From Amoebophrya sp. A120 (lineage: Eukaryota > Protista > Dinoflagellata): 64,000 nucleotides of DNA. The stretch's first letter is position 1, and each line of letters opens with the position of its first letter. Where the stretch lies: the NCBI GenBank assembly GCA_905178155.1, contig CAJINV010000004.1, forward strand, positions 3,885,555 through 3,949,554, written 5' to 3'. A program made the translations under genes and the position numbers. Shown here in pieces: positions 25,162-36,842 of the stretch. The notes below the pieces were generated by a model. The model made no database searches, was not told the origin of the DNA, and saw only the letters and a program-made list of their open reading frames with translations.

Positions 25162-25695
25162 TGAGGCAGGAGGTTTTCATAGTACTGTGCTTGCAACTGT
25201 GGTGACTACTTATTATAGCACAATCACACTTCATTTCTCCATTTCCATGCGGCTTTGACATTGAATCCAGTGAAGATGTTCTACGGCAGATCTTTTAGCA
25301 GTTCATCCGTTTGGATCCGCAATATACATTTTGATGTACTACCTGCTATCTGAATCGGTTTCATCGTTTATAATGGGGAAGAAGAAGTAGTCCATCGTCG
25401 TGGTACAACGATTATTTCCGCATAATCTTCACTATCTCGCTTTATTCTCTACTACAGCGATCGTACCAGAAGTGCATACCGAATAAAACATGATGGTTGT
25501 AATTTCATCTTCGAAGGAGCCTGTCTGAGGCAGGCCAGGGAGTCGCTACTTCAAGTGCTCCATGAAGCTATGTTGACATCACCACTTCCTATTCGCGATC
25601 GCGCATGAAAGTTGAGCCCTAGTTGTACCGGGCTCGCAGCCTTGCGGGCCAGCACGGGAATTGTACAGCAAGAACTCGAAGCCAAAATCACCACC

Positions 25696-28600
25696 ATGGA
25701 TTTCGTCACTAGCGCGTCCTTATCGTGTGGAAAAGTATCGCACTCGTACTAATCGCAAATATGCATGACAAATGTTTTTCCCAAGGAAAAACAGCATTAC
25801 AAATTCGACTTTCCTTCTTGCCAAAATTTGTGATGCAGTTTATACTAGTACGATACTTTTGCAATGCATAGTCCTCCATTCCCTCCTCTGCGGAGGTGAC
25901 CTCCCAGTTCAGGCGGCGGGATTTTGAGGTCACCGACTTCATCGGCAAGGTCGCGACGCAGGGGAACGACTTCATCGGCACACTGGCAAACGTCTTGGAC
26001 GAATCGCTAACCGGGATACAGTATGAGCTGCAAAAGTATCGTACTCGTAGTTAGTAATCGCAATCATGCGTTACAAATCTGCTTCGTAAGGTAAATCAGC
26101 ATGACAAATTTCATTTCTCATGCTGAGGAAATTTGTAATGCATTTATACGAGTGCGATACCATACTTTTACAGTTCATATACAGAGCAACCTGCACGCGG
26201 AGGTGGTGCTCTGCCACGATCGGCTTCTCGATAACACGTACTAAATTTCAATTTTTATTACCAATGGATTTTCGTTTTTGTTTATTGCCATGCTGGAACA
26301 GCAATGCGAGCTTGGACTGTGTCATACATGATACTTCATCTCTTGCTAGAAATACTGAAGTGAAACGAATCTTATCAAAGAGGAGCGCATCCAATGTTCT
26401 TTTACGTAAGTCGTACTTGATGGTATTTGATCACAACACCAGCTTCAACCTGGAGCTCCTTGATAAAGAGCTGTCGGAAGTGCGGGAGAATGTGTCCGTC
26501 CTGAAGGCCTCCATGCAGGAAGTGCGATCCCATTGCCTCGTTCCCTTCCGCGACCTGCGTAGGAAGACGGCGTTGCTGAACCGAGCGCAAAGGGTGAACG
26601 TATTGCTGCGGAGGTATCTGCGGTTTGAGTTCGACCTGAAGAAACTGCGCGCACACGTGGACCCCGGTACTACTAGTAGAGTAGAGTTTGCTCCTAATCG
26701 GAGATATTAAGTAATTCGTAAAGGTAAATAACGCCGGCTCTCTGCGAGGCAGTACTAGTGCATCTCTTGTTCTTTCCGAAATAAATGCTTGGCTCCTCTT
26801 CATCTTTGCATGGTAACGCGAGGTGGTTGCAAACAGCACTCTATCTCATAATTCACAAGCTACCAAAATGTAATATCACCAGGCAGTGGCGGACTTACCA
26901 AGGAATACGCCAAGGCTGCGCGCACGATCTACGAGCTGGAAAATGCGTTGCTCGAGGATGGCCTGGAAAAGCTTTCCGTGTTGCAACGAGACATTCACTT
27001 CATTCGGGAAGTCGGCCAGCAGATCCGGGGGAGGGCGAAGGAAGACCTCTGGCGGGGCTTGAAAGAAATGAACTTGTTGGTCCTCGAGCAAGCCACGCAG
27101 GCGTTTTACAACCTGCACTGTCTGTCGGAAGAGGTATTTCTATACGGTGCAGGGAGAAATTGCAATCAAAATTATCTTGCATGACGAGAGGGAGACGAGA
27201 TCTTCATACGAATTCAGGTTCATGTCCCAATTTGATTTTTCTTGTTGGGAACATTTGATGTGCACATGCAATCATCTACACGAGTAAAGCGACACGATTA
27301 ATATTTTAACTTACCACATTACACCAGCTTGAGCTGCTCGCGTCTGACCTGGCGAGGAAGCTGGACGAGCTCCTAAAACCGCTTGGCACGCGGTTTTCCG
27401 GGTCAATAACGGTGTTATGCTTTGCAAATATGTTGTCTGGGGCTGGACGGTTGCATCAACTTGTGATGCGTATTCTAGAATAGGCAGAAATTTGCATTGC
27501 ATGAGCGCCAAAAGACACCCATTTCTTGGTACACAAATAGGGGATTTCTAAATGGAGGACCAGGATAGGCATCAAGAGGAAGAGCAAGAGGCCTGTGCAA
27601 AACCTGCGGTGCTGTTGCGTGCAATAGAGACCATTTGCGTGGTCGAGAAGATGCATGACAAACAAGTGCAAGAATCTTCCAGATCCAGACATGTTTGCAG
27701 TTGATAGGTGGCCGCGTTGCTCGACAACTTTTTCGCCGCCGGAACTGCGGTATGCTCGCAAATTGCGTTCCTCGACAATTTCCTCCGCAACCGCACCGAC
27801 CCAATCACGCACGCGAAGTTCTCCGACTGCTTTTTGCTGTACAACGGAAAAAATGCTGAAACAAATACAGTTACAACGGCGGCGTTGTCTTCATCTTCAA
27901 CTGGTACAACAGCAGCACCAGGTACTACTAGTACATCAATATTAAGACCGACCTCCTTCTTGGAGGTTTTCTTCCACCTGTTCTTCTCCGAGTATTTCGC
28001 CCCAAAACTCCGGCAATCCCTGCACCAAGCGACCATCGCGAAAGAATTCCCGCTCGTTTCCAAGAAACTGGAAGCCAGCTTCCTGGACGTGTTGCAGGAG
28101 CAGGGCGCGACGGGCAGCGTGATATTTCAGCTGAAGAAACAGCTTTTCGCGTTGCCGGAAGTCGAAAACCTCCACAACCAGTACATCCAGACCGTGCTAA
28201 CCAGAGTGACCGAACCGGTGGAACTGATGCTCCCCGAAGCGGTTTATCAACTGCAAAAATGTCATCTGGGTCTGGACGGATGCGAACTTGTGATGCGTGT
28301 TGCGGCTCATACAAAGATCTGTGTAGTATGACTTGCAAAAGGTCCCCATTAGTCATGTTGAGAGGGCGTTTCTCATGCAGAATAGGCATCACCAAGGGGC
28401 TGCAGAAGCAGAACCTGTGATGCTAGGCCCTGCATTCCAGACTTGGCGGAGCTTGGAGAAACTGCATGACAAGTCTCAGACTCTTCCACACCCAGACGCA
28501 TTTGCAATGCATACGGTTCTGAACAGCGCCATGGACGCGGTGGCGCAGGCCAACGCGGGCATGACCCCGCAGCCGCACCTGTTGCAGGACCCGCTGCCGA

Positions 28601-29908
28601 CCTTGGCCGACGTCAAGCGCTACGTCCAGATTCTCGCGGAGGCCCTGAAGACCGCAGAGCAGGGCCTGCAGTTTGTGTATCTATCGGTCGTGAACAACGT
28701 GCGCACGAGCGTGCTGCTGTTTGTCTCGCGGCTGGAGCTGTTGACCGACGCGAACGGGATGATGGTGGTGACCAATTTCCAGGCGAACCCCACCGGGAAC
28801 GAGTTCACGTTTACCAACAGCCACCAGAGGAACTGCCGGCTCTTCCAACTGCTGTCCGCGTTCGATGCCAGTCTGCGGGAGATGTGCCTGGGACAGAACC
28901 TACCGCCACAACTGTGGCAACACCTCCGCACGACGTGCCGGTCGTTTGTGGAGTGCTTTTTCCAAATTATCAAATGCAAATATGTCTGAGTCTGGAAGAA
29001 AGCAAGTTTGTCATGCTTGTCTAGCATGACTCTCAAATCTGTGATGCATGAGCAGGAAAAGGGCCCCTTGCCTGTGATGCAAAAACGCAGCTTGTCATGC
29101 GAGAAACGAAGCACACAGCTAGCAGCACAAAAAACTTGTCATGCTGGGATGCATATTGCAGTGCGCCCACCATTCGCAAATTAGCATCACAAGTTTCCCG
29201 ACCCAGACATTATATTTGCAATGCATACAAACGGTCCGGATCAAATTCTCCCAGGAATACTACGCGAAATGGCGGCAGGAGCTGCTCAATACCGGGGGTG
29301 CTGTTGCACCGGATGTAGCAGCTCTTCCTAGCCCCAGCCTGCAGGAGTTTGTCACCTACGCCCATTCCGTGCAGAAAACCTACCTGGCCGCCTACAATAC
29401 GCAATTGCTGCAATCGCTGGCGGTGCAATTCGCGGGCGATTTGGTGCGCGTGGCGCTCTTGCGCCTGTTCCTGGGCACATTTTACGACGACGGGAAAGTT
29501 GTCGCCTTTTACAACAATAGTTCCTCAACAGGTGCAACTTCTACTTCCGGAGCAGTAGTAGAGCAAATAGTACAACAACCCAACGGCGGGACTTCTACTC
29601 ACACTCTTTCCGACGAAGCCGCTGCGCGGCAACAAGCCGTGGCACTCGTCCCAGGTATCGCCACGGACATCCAAAACGCGTGCCTCAGCACGGACGCCGG
29701 GCGAAAGCGGCTCTGCCGGGATTTGGAGCTTTTGGAGCGGGGCGTACTCGCCCTTGCCGGCGTTACCAGCGGCCAGCCCTTTTTCGAGCAGCACATATTG
29801 GCTTTGACGCAAAAAGTAGTAGCGAGGGAAGTGCCCAAGGCGACTCTCCTGGAGCACGTAGCGGCCGATGTGGTGTGGAGCAAAGCGCTCAATGAGTTCT
29901 TGGTGTAG
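25696..29908 (+). CDS. COG5: Conserved oligomeric Golgi complex subunit 5
   Basis: LHAEVVLCHDRLL, VPFRDLRRKTALLNRAQRVNVLLRR, RTDPITH, EFPLV, GRKRLCRDLELLE. Five TIR introns plus GT-AG introns 26238-26442, 26667-26882, 27134-27327 give one frame. Confidence 0.88.
25721..25870. mobile_element. Introner TIR element, family C
   Basis: TIR; TSD GTCCT. Confidence 0.9.
26022..26179. mobile_element. Introner TIR element, family C
   Basis: TIR; TSD TACAG. Confidence 0.9.
27416..27706. mobile_element. Introner TIR element, family A (diverged)
   Basis: TIR; TSD GGTGT/GGTGG. Confidence 0.85.
28245..28513. mobile_element. Introner TIR element, family A
   Basis: TIR; TSD CGGTT. Confidence 0.9.
28968..29227. 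mobile_element. Introner TIR element, family A
   Basis: TIR; TSD CAAAT/CAAAC. Confidence 0.88.
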
Positions 29909-30709
29909 AAGTGACAGCAGTGCTACAAGGCAGGAATGAGCAGCAGCTGCAGCAGAAGGCTGCTTTTCTTTTTTCATGTTGATCCGCCCCCCAAGATTTG
30001 AACAAGATGGAAAACGAAAAGCCGAAGAAGGACAAGACGACGCACATTTATTTTCAGACGCCCGCACTAAGTAAAAAAAAACGCACATCACGGCGTGAAA
30101 AAGCGGTTCCTGATGTACGTGAAGTGAACCTTGTTGACTCGCCCCCACAGGTTGAAGTCGTGTACTATGGAATTGTTGCCGAAGAAGAAGATGTGGTGCA
30201 AGAACTTAACGGAAAAAAAGGCCTCTCGTGCGTACAAGATTTTTTGGAGCTGTCGTCCCGTTTTACTTTTTTTACCCGCTCGGCAGAGCATACCAGAAGA
30301 TGAAGATCCCAGATAAATCTGTCTACTTACATTCCGATGCATTCGGTCTGACGCCGGGTCCGTTGGAAAAGCCGTTTGAGTTTCTCTATTGAGCAGCATC
30401 TCACGCTTGCGTGGTTTCTCTATGTATAATTGAGCATCTCAAGGGCATTCATGTTGCAGGCGAACACATTCACATGATAGATTAAAGACATCTCCTGTCC
30501 GCAATCATCTTCGAATGCTAGCAAGCCGCTTGCGTTTGTTCACCTGTGTTGATTTATTTTCCAAGGCCTCTACTTCAGCGATTTAGATTTTACGATTTAG
30601 ATCCCTTCTATTAATTTGACTTCTATAAAAAACCCCGATCACAACTCACTCATGCCGGTGACGGCTTCGATATCGATTTGACATGTTTCGATTGGCAAAA
30701 AAGATCAGA

Positions 30710-33628
30710 ATGGACGGGCAACACAATACCATGACGTCGCCCTCATCTCTCTTCAGAAACATTAATGTTTCACTCCGCTCGGCGTCGGCTTGGTTCTACT
30801 ACGCTGCCATCGCTTCCTACTATTTCAGTTCCAGCACCTTCACTGTCGCCACCGCGGCCAGTCCCCCAACCTCCGCCAGGACCACTGAGCAGTTCCAAAA
30901 TGCTGTCGACTCAAATTCTTGCACCGGGCCGGTTGCAGCTGGTGCAGCTCCTACACCTACTGTGCCCCCCTCTGTGGCAAAAATAGTTTCCGCAAGCATC
31001 GGCTTCCCACGGCCGCCGGAAAATAGAAACAAAGATATTGGTGTTGACAGTCGGAGCTGCAGGACCGATGTTTCCGGGGGTTCCTGCCAGCAACGCGGTC
31101 GACAGGGAGGTTCTTCCTCGGCCGCAAACCGGCGACCGACCACAACCGCGTCGCGTATAGCGTTCTCAAACGTTACATTCTCAGCTGTTACATGAATTTG
31201 CAATGCAAGAATTGGAAAAGTCAAAGGGCACAGAGATTGCGCCTCTAGCACTACAAATTCGCGCAGATTTCAATACTGTTTAGCCCTTTAAAAATTTGTC
31301 GTGCGCAGCAGCTTCGCCGTGTGGATGTTCATGTTGATGGTAGTTTTGCATGGAAAATCATGTAACAGCTGAGAGTGGTGTAACGCTAACGCTTGAGAAT
31401 GCCATATCGCAGCAGCGGGTGAAAGACGACGTTTTAGTGGAGTCTGTTTCTCCCATATGCAAGAGAAAAACCGTGTAAGTGTAAAAGTAAATTTGTGTTG
31501 CAGAACATGCAACAGACTCACGCCTATCATGCCAGACAGCCATGAAGTCCTCTTTTCATGTGTGTTTTCCCTTACAAGCCACGCATGACAGGTTTTCTCT
31601 GTCATGTAGAGCAAATTTGTGATGCTGTTTCTCAAAGAAAGTTACACTTACACACTTTTTTTCCTGGATATCCCAGGCTGCCGACGTTGCCCCCGAACCA
31701 AACCGGCGTTATCACGAAGCAAAGACGCCCAGACACCTCTCCGGGTGTCGCTTCCAGTGCAGTGGTGCGTGCAGGAGGAGGAGCGGCGGCGCATCAGGTG
31801 GTGCTGGGTACTACTAGCAGGGTACCCTCGGGGTTGCCGGGGAGTTCCTCCAGTCGCGGTCCGGCTCCGTCGCCAAAGGAGCAGCAGCCCTGGAGCGCAC
31901 GGTAATAGAGTTTGATAATTGATGCATAAAGCTTACAAGAACGCCAGAAGATTAATACTTGAATAAAAAAAACAAAAAGAACGCTTGAATAAAACAAACA
32001 GTTCTACCAGTCTGCACCGCTGGACAACCAGGATTCGATCCCCCTATTCTGCAATCTCCGCCGAAATGCAACATCGCCTGAGCAGTCCGGGGGCTGGAGC
32101 GAGAACAACAAACCGCGTACATGTTGGAGGTGATATTAGTGCACCTGCTCCCGCCACCACGACCACCGCCCGGCCCCCCGCTCCGTTTTACGAAGACGAA
32201 TGCGTGTACCGCGGGGAGCCGCGGGGGAAGTGCAGCGGTGTGCCCATCATGCAAACCGTGCTGGCCGCGCACGCCGTGCCGTGCGACAAGTCGCAATCCG
32301 TGATGACGCACACGGCTTCCCCGGCCCACGGAATGTACAGCATCGAAACCATGGGGGCGGGCTTCGGGCGACAGGCGTGTACCCAGGATCAGGTCGATAT
32401 GGGAGTTTCAGGATCGAAATCGACAAAGTTGAATATGATTTGTGATGCATAAAATGCGAAGCACAAAGTGCCTGCCTTGCGAGGATGGCAAGTGAGGCTG
32501 ATTGTAAGCCTTTGTAGGGGTAGAGTTGAGCTGCCAAGGAGCATGGCAAACGCAGCCTTCTCTGCTCCAAACAGCATGGCAGGTTGTCGTGCGCCGCTTC
32601 GTAATTGGAGGCCCAAGTGGTATCCATTTTATGCATGACAAACTGTTTGTGTTTCAACTTTGACGATTTCGATCCTGACACTCCCATAGTCGAATTGGTT
32701 TCGTCGCCAAGAAGAACGAGGGACATCGGCGAACCGACAGAGAAGAAGTTGACACCTTCAATATGAATTGCAAAAGTATCGTACTCGTATAAATGCATTT
32801 CCTCAGCATGGGAAATAAATAAAATCTGTAATGCAGATTTACCTTGGGAACAAGATTTGTAATGCAACACTTGCATTTATACGAGTACGATACTTCTGCA
32901 CTGGATATTCAAACGCCGCCAGCAATAAAATGGCTACTATTTCCAACCGGGACGTTGCGAAGGCCACAATAATTCGGGCGCTGAGTAAAACGACTGGTGG
33001 GCCAGGTGTTGCTACAACAGCAACCGGCGCTGCTGCTGCTGCTGCTGCTGTTATGGATCATGTAGAAGTGCCGGCGGCGGTGGCTGCACCTGCGCGCCCG
33101 TCCGGAGGAGGAGCGTCGTCGTCCTCGACAACGTCTACCTTCCCACTACAGACGACGGGCAGCTTCCCGATCGGTGACCGGATCGTGCCGAACCCATTTG
33201 GCCCCTTGGGCTTGGTCGTGCCCCATCCGCCACTGACCGCCCGGGAGCATCCACAGCGGCCCGTCACGGTGCAGCACGCTTCGCCTGGTGGCGGGACGCA
33301 GAACAGGCCACGACGGCCGCAGTCGGCGGGGAGTAGCAACACATTTCTTTCCAGACCCTACACGGCCGATACTGCCTCCAGCAGTGTTGTTGCGTTCGCA
33401 CCGGACAAGCTCCTGCCCGAGTCCGTTGTTACGCCCTCGCCAGATGTCGAACGCTACTTCTCCCCGGGCGGCTCCGCGGGCTTGCGGCGGGCTCTGTTCC
33501 CCGAACCGGCAAGGCCGGGGGAAACGACGTGGCGGCGCGGGGGACAGGGAGTGACAAAAGACGGCATTTTTCCCCAAGAGTCCCACGACCAAACTCGCAG
33601 ACCCCTGGCACGACACCCGCCTTTCTAG
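30710..33628 (+). CDS. Hypothetical Ser/Thr/Pro-rich protein with N-terminal hydrophobic segment
   Basis: Frame continuous across four TIR elements and GT-AG intron 31902-32010; start codon uncertain (30683/30710/30731). Confidence 0.65.
31156..31406. mobile_element. Introner TIR element, family B
   Basis: TIR; TSD TCGCG/TCGCA. Confidence 0.88.
31456..31670. mobile_element. Introner TIR element, family F
   Basis: TATGCAAGAGAAAAACCGTGTAAGTGTAA TIR; TSD TCCCA. Confidence 0.88.
32398..32688. mobile_element. Introner TIR element, family G
   Basis: TATGGGAGTTTCAGGATCGAAATCGACAAAGTTGAA TIR; TSD GTCGA. Confidence 0.92.
32762..32907. mobile_element. Introner TIR element, family C
   Basis: TIR; TSD TTCAA. 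Confidence 0.9.
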
Positions 33629-35052
33629 ATTTAGGGGGATGTAGTATGGAATCAACATCGATCGCTAATTTTGCATTTTCAGTACTACAGATATTTGAGA
33701 ACAACATCATAGCACTAGTGACAGCTCAACAGGCAAAGAAAATATATGAAAGATAAAAATTTAAAATGCAGAATGCGAATGAGCGCATCTAAACATGGAG
33801 CACACATAGAGGACGCAAGTATCAGTGCCACTTGCTTTCGTAAGGCGTCGGTTCTTGCAGCTATTACAAAAAGATAGTAAAAAAGAACGGAGTGGTCAAC
33901 GGTAAAGTATCGAAATGAGAATAAATGAAAAGTGCTTCATCTACTACTTGAGAAACAAGATATACTTGAATTTTAATTTAAGCTTTACAGTAATATGAGT
34001 ATCTACTACCTCCAGAGACGGCCCCGCGTGTGGAGCCGCACACTACTAATTTTCTACTGTCTACCTCTACTCTCTCGATCTGGCTGATACCGTGGGCTCT
34101 CTCGCTTTCGCGAAAGAATCGACTCCGGAATTATTTACATCAAAATGCACCCCTGCTTTATTCTTGTCATTGTCTTTGTATTGACCACCTGCTAGATGAG
34201 TTGTGCTGTACTTCTTTAACCACACCGTACACTTCCTAGCGCTTATCTACAAACAACAATCTTCGACCGCTAAACCTAAAACTCATTTTACAAACCGCAT
34301 CGAACGATCCAGATCTTGCAATGTTATATGAAAATCCAGCACAAGAACAGCTCCGGACTACATCTACAACAGCGACCACCACTTGATTTCAAGAAATCTG
34401 TACCGCAATTGAAAGCCCTTTCAATTGTCTTCCTGAAAAACTACGCCACTGCCTGCGGCGAATGGAAGCTGAACCAGATGATGCAGTGGGTGCGCTCTTC
34501 CACTATGTCATCAAGTCACCGTCGCAGTAGAACTAGAAGCTTGACTTTTTTGTCTAGAAGATGCGATCTGATGGATGCTGCTGCCAGGGATGCCCGACAA
34601 TGTCAAGGATCCAGATGAACCTATCATGAGATCCACTTAAAAATCTTGGCTAAGCTCTTCGTCCAGTGCCAACAAGACAAGGTGCAAAACGCAAAATAAA
34701 AACTGCAAATAAAGAAAAAAGAAAGCAAAAGGATCACGATCAAAAAAGCGTACCAATTGCAGCTGAGGATGATCTAATGATCTGAATTGGAAATATTTGG
34801 CTTTCTGACGAAGTTGCCGACCACAAGGATCCATATCGGTGCTGGTACTTGAATATGATTATTTCCGTTTTTATTTCAATTATGCGACAGGATTGCAATA
34901 AACAATCAGTTTCAGACGCAAAAATAAATTTCAGACTGACTTTATCTTTTGCAACTTTGTTGAGTCAGTACAACAGTAGAGAGTTCCAGTCTGTAGAACT
35001 AGAAACCTCGATACCAAGTAGTAGCCCAAGAACGAACTACATCACAAGCAAA

Positions 35053-36098
35053 ATGCCGCTCGTGTACCAGTCTTTGGCCGAAATTTCGAAGAACAACGCC
35101 GAGAACGTGAAGGTGGAGAATACCCTGAATGAGGACGAAAAAATCGCCTTCAAGGCCGAGCATTGCGAATTGGTAGTGGGTGAGGGTAGTTGTTCAACAT
35201 CAGTAGAAGAACTACAAGAATCCACGGCGGAGGACGCTGGCAAGAACGGTGAGGCGAGCAAGAGCAAGACAACTACAAGCTCGGAGCAGAGGACCTCCAG
35301 TTCTACTTCAGGCTCAAAAACTACAACTACCGGGGATCTGTACCTGACAACGTCGAAAATCATCTTCCAAACCGGCGACCAGAGGATTTTGCTGGATTAC
35401 CCCAGCGTCATGCTGCACGCCATCAGCAGGGATCCGCAGGCGTTCCCGAAGCCATGTACTTGCTTACGCCTTTTTTTACTTCACTTTTGCTATTTTTCCT
35501 TTTCGTCGTCTTGCACGCTAGTACTAGTTCGTCGTCCTCGTGATGAATTGTGATCGGTGCTTTAAGTCAGTCTGTGACGCAGGAGCCGAATTTCTATTTT
35601 ATTCACGACTCCATCTCCTGCAACCTTAACCTTTGAAAACAACCAGGTCTCTATTGCCAAGTGCGCAGCGACGGCGGGGGGAATAAGAGCATGATTGGAG
35701 TAGAATCAGCAAATAACGACCCAAAAAACCACACAACCGACTCCTCACCAACCGAGGATCAAGAGATGGTAGACGATGATGATGACGACGAAGCCGACCA
35801 ATTTCAGACCACAGAAATCAGGTTCGTGGTGCCGGAGGCGGACGTGCAGGTTTTGTTTGACGCCATGAGCGAGATGGTCTTACTCCACCCCGACCCGGAC
35901 TGCGACAGCGAAGACGAGGATAACATCATGGGCGGTGCTGGCGGTGGTTTCGGGGACCCGGACGCAGGCTGGGTGTTTTCGGATGATTTCAACCCGAATA
36001 ACTTGCTGGGGGTGGCCGATTACGATGCACTGGAAGATGCGGAGGAGGAGGAGGAAGAAGAGGAGGATTTTTCGGAGGACGAAATGGCGGTGGAGTAG
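35053..36098 (+). CDS. CLNS1A: Methylosome subunit pICln (Voldacs domain), snRNP assembly chaperone
   Basis: GDLYLTTS..LDYPSVMLHAISRD..PC|LYCQV..EIRFV..LFDAMSEMVLLHPDPD plus acidic tail; GT-AG intron 35456-35646. Confidence 0.92.
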
Positions 36099-36842
36099 GG
36101 AAGGGGAAACTGTTGTTGTTTCCTCGAGAAAGTAAGTAGCTACGTATGCTTTTCGTTTGTTACAGTTGAGGAAGTTGCACGGCGCTTTACTTTTGAAAAC
36201 TGTATACTGTTGGCGGAGCCTGTGCTAGTAGAACATGTACAACCGTGTGCGACTACTTTGCCAGGAGGTTCATCTTGCGCATGCGCACCGGCTGCAGGAG
36301 GTTTCTTCATTCGAAAAAACAGACTGAATGGATAGGAAAATAAAATCTCCACTTCTTCATACCACCGCGCAAGCTGCAGTATCCGAAACTACATCCGTAT
36401 TCGGATTTGTCTGCACGACCATCCGCTCGTCGGATTTATTTCTCATCTAGTTCCTGCTCTGTTCACCACTACGCGGAGGTGGATGATACGGCATAGCACT
36501 GTGCTTGTGCAAGCACAGTCTATTGATGTTGCTCTCGTTGAGCAGTGAGAGTAACGAGCAATGACCGTTTGTTGAAACGGTTCTTTATCTTTGACCGGTT
36601 CGATTACAACATCGGCCACGAGGAGAGGAAAAAATTGGACAAATGCTTTGCTGTAAATGTACTCGTCTGAGGAGAGAAAAAGAAATTTTGAGCGTCGTCA
36701 CGTCCCGTGGTACCCAGCATAATTTGGGCCAAGGTATACGATACAGTGAGCAGGCCGCTATTTTGTGGCACCACTGCATCAGGGTCATGGAGGTGTTGTT
36801 GGGGCTGTGTTGATTTCATCTTTCTCTTCAGACAAAGTAGCA

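Noticed and set aside
27134-27707. One long GT-AG intron using the element's terminal ATA+G as acceptor
   Set aside because: An in-frame, coding-like exon 27328-27415 explains the region with ordinary element removal.
29998-30303. Small ORF downstream of COG5
   Set aside because: Short, no motif, likely 3' UTR or intergenic.
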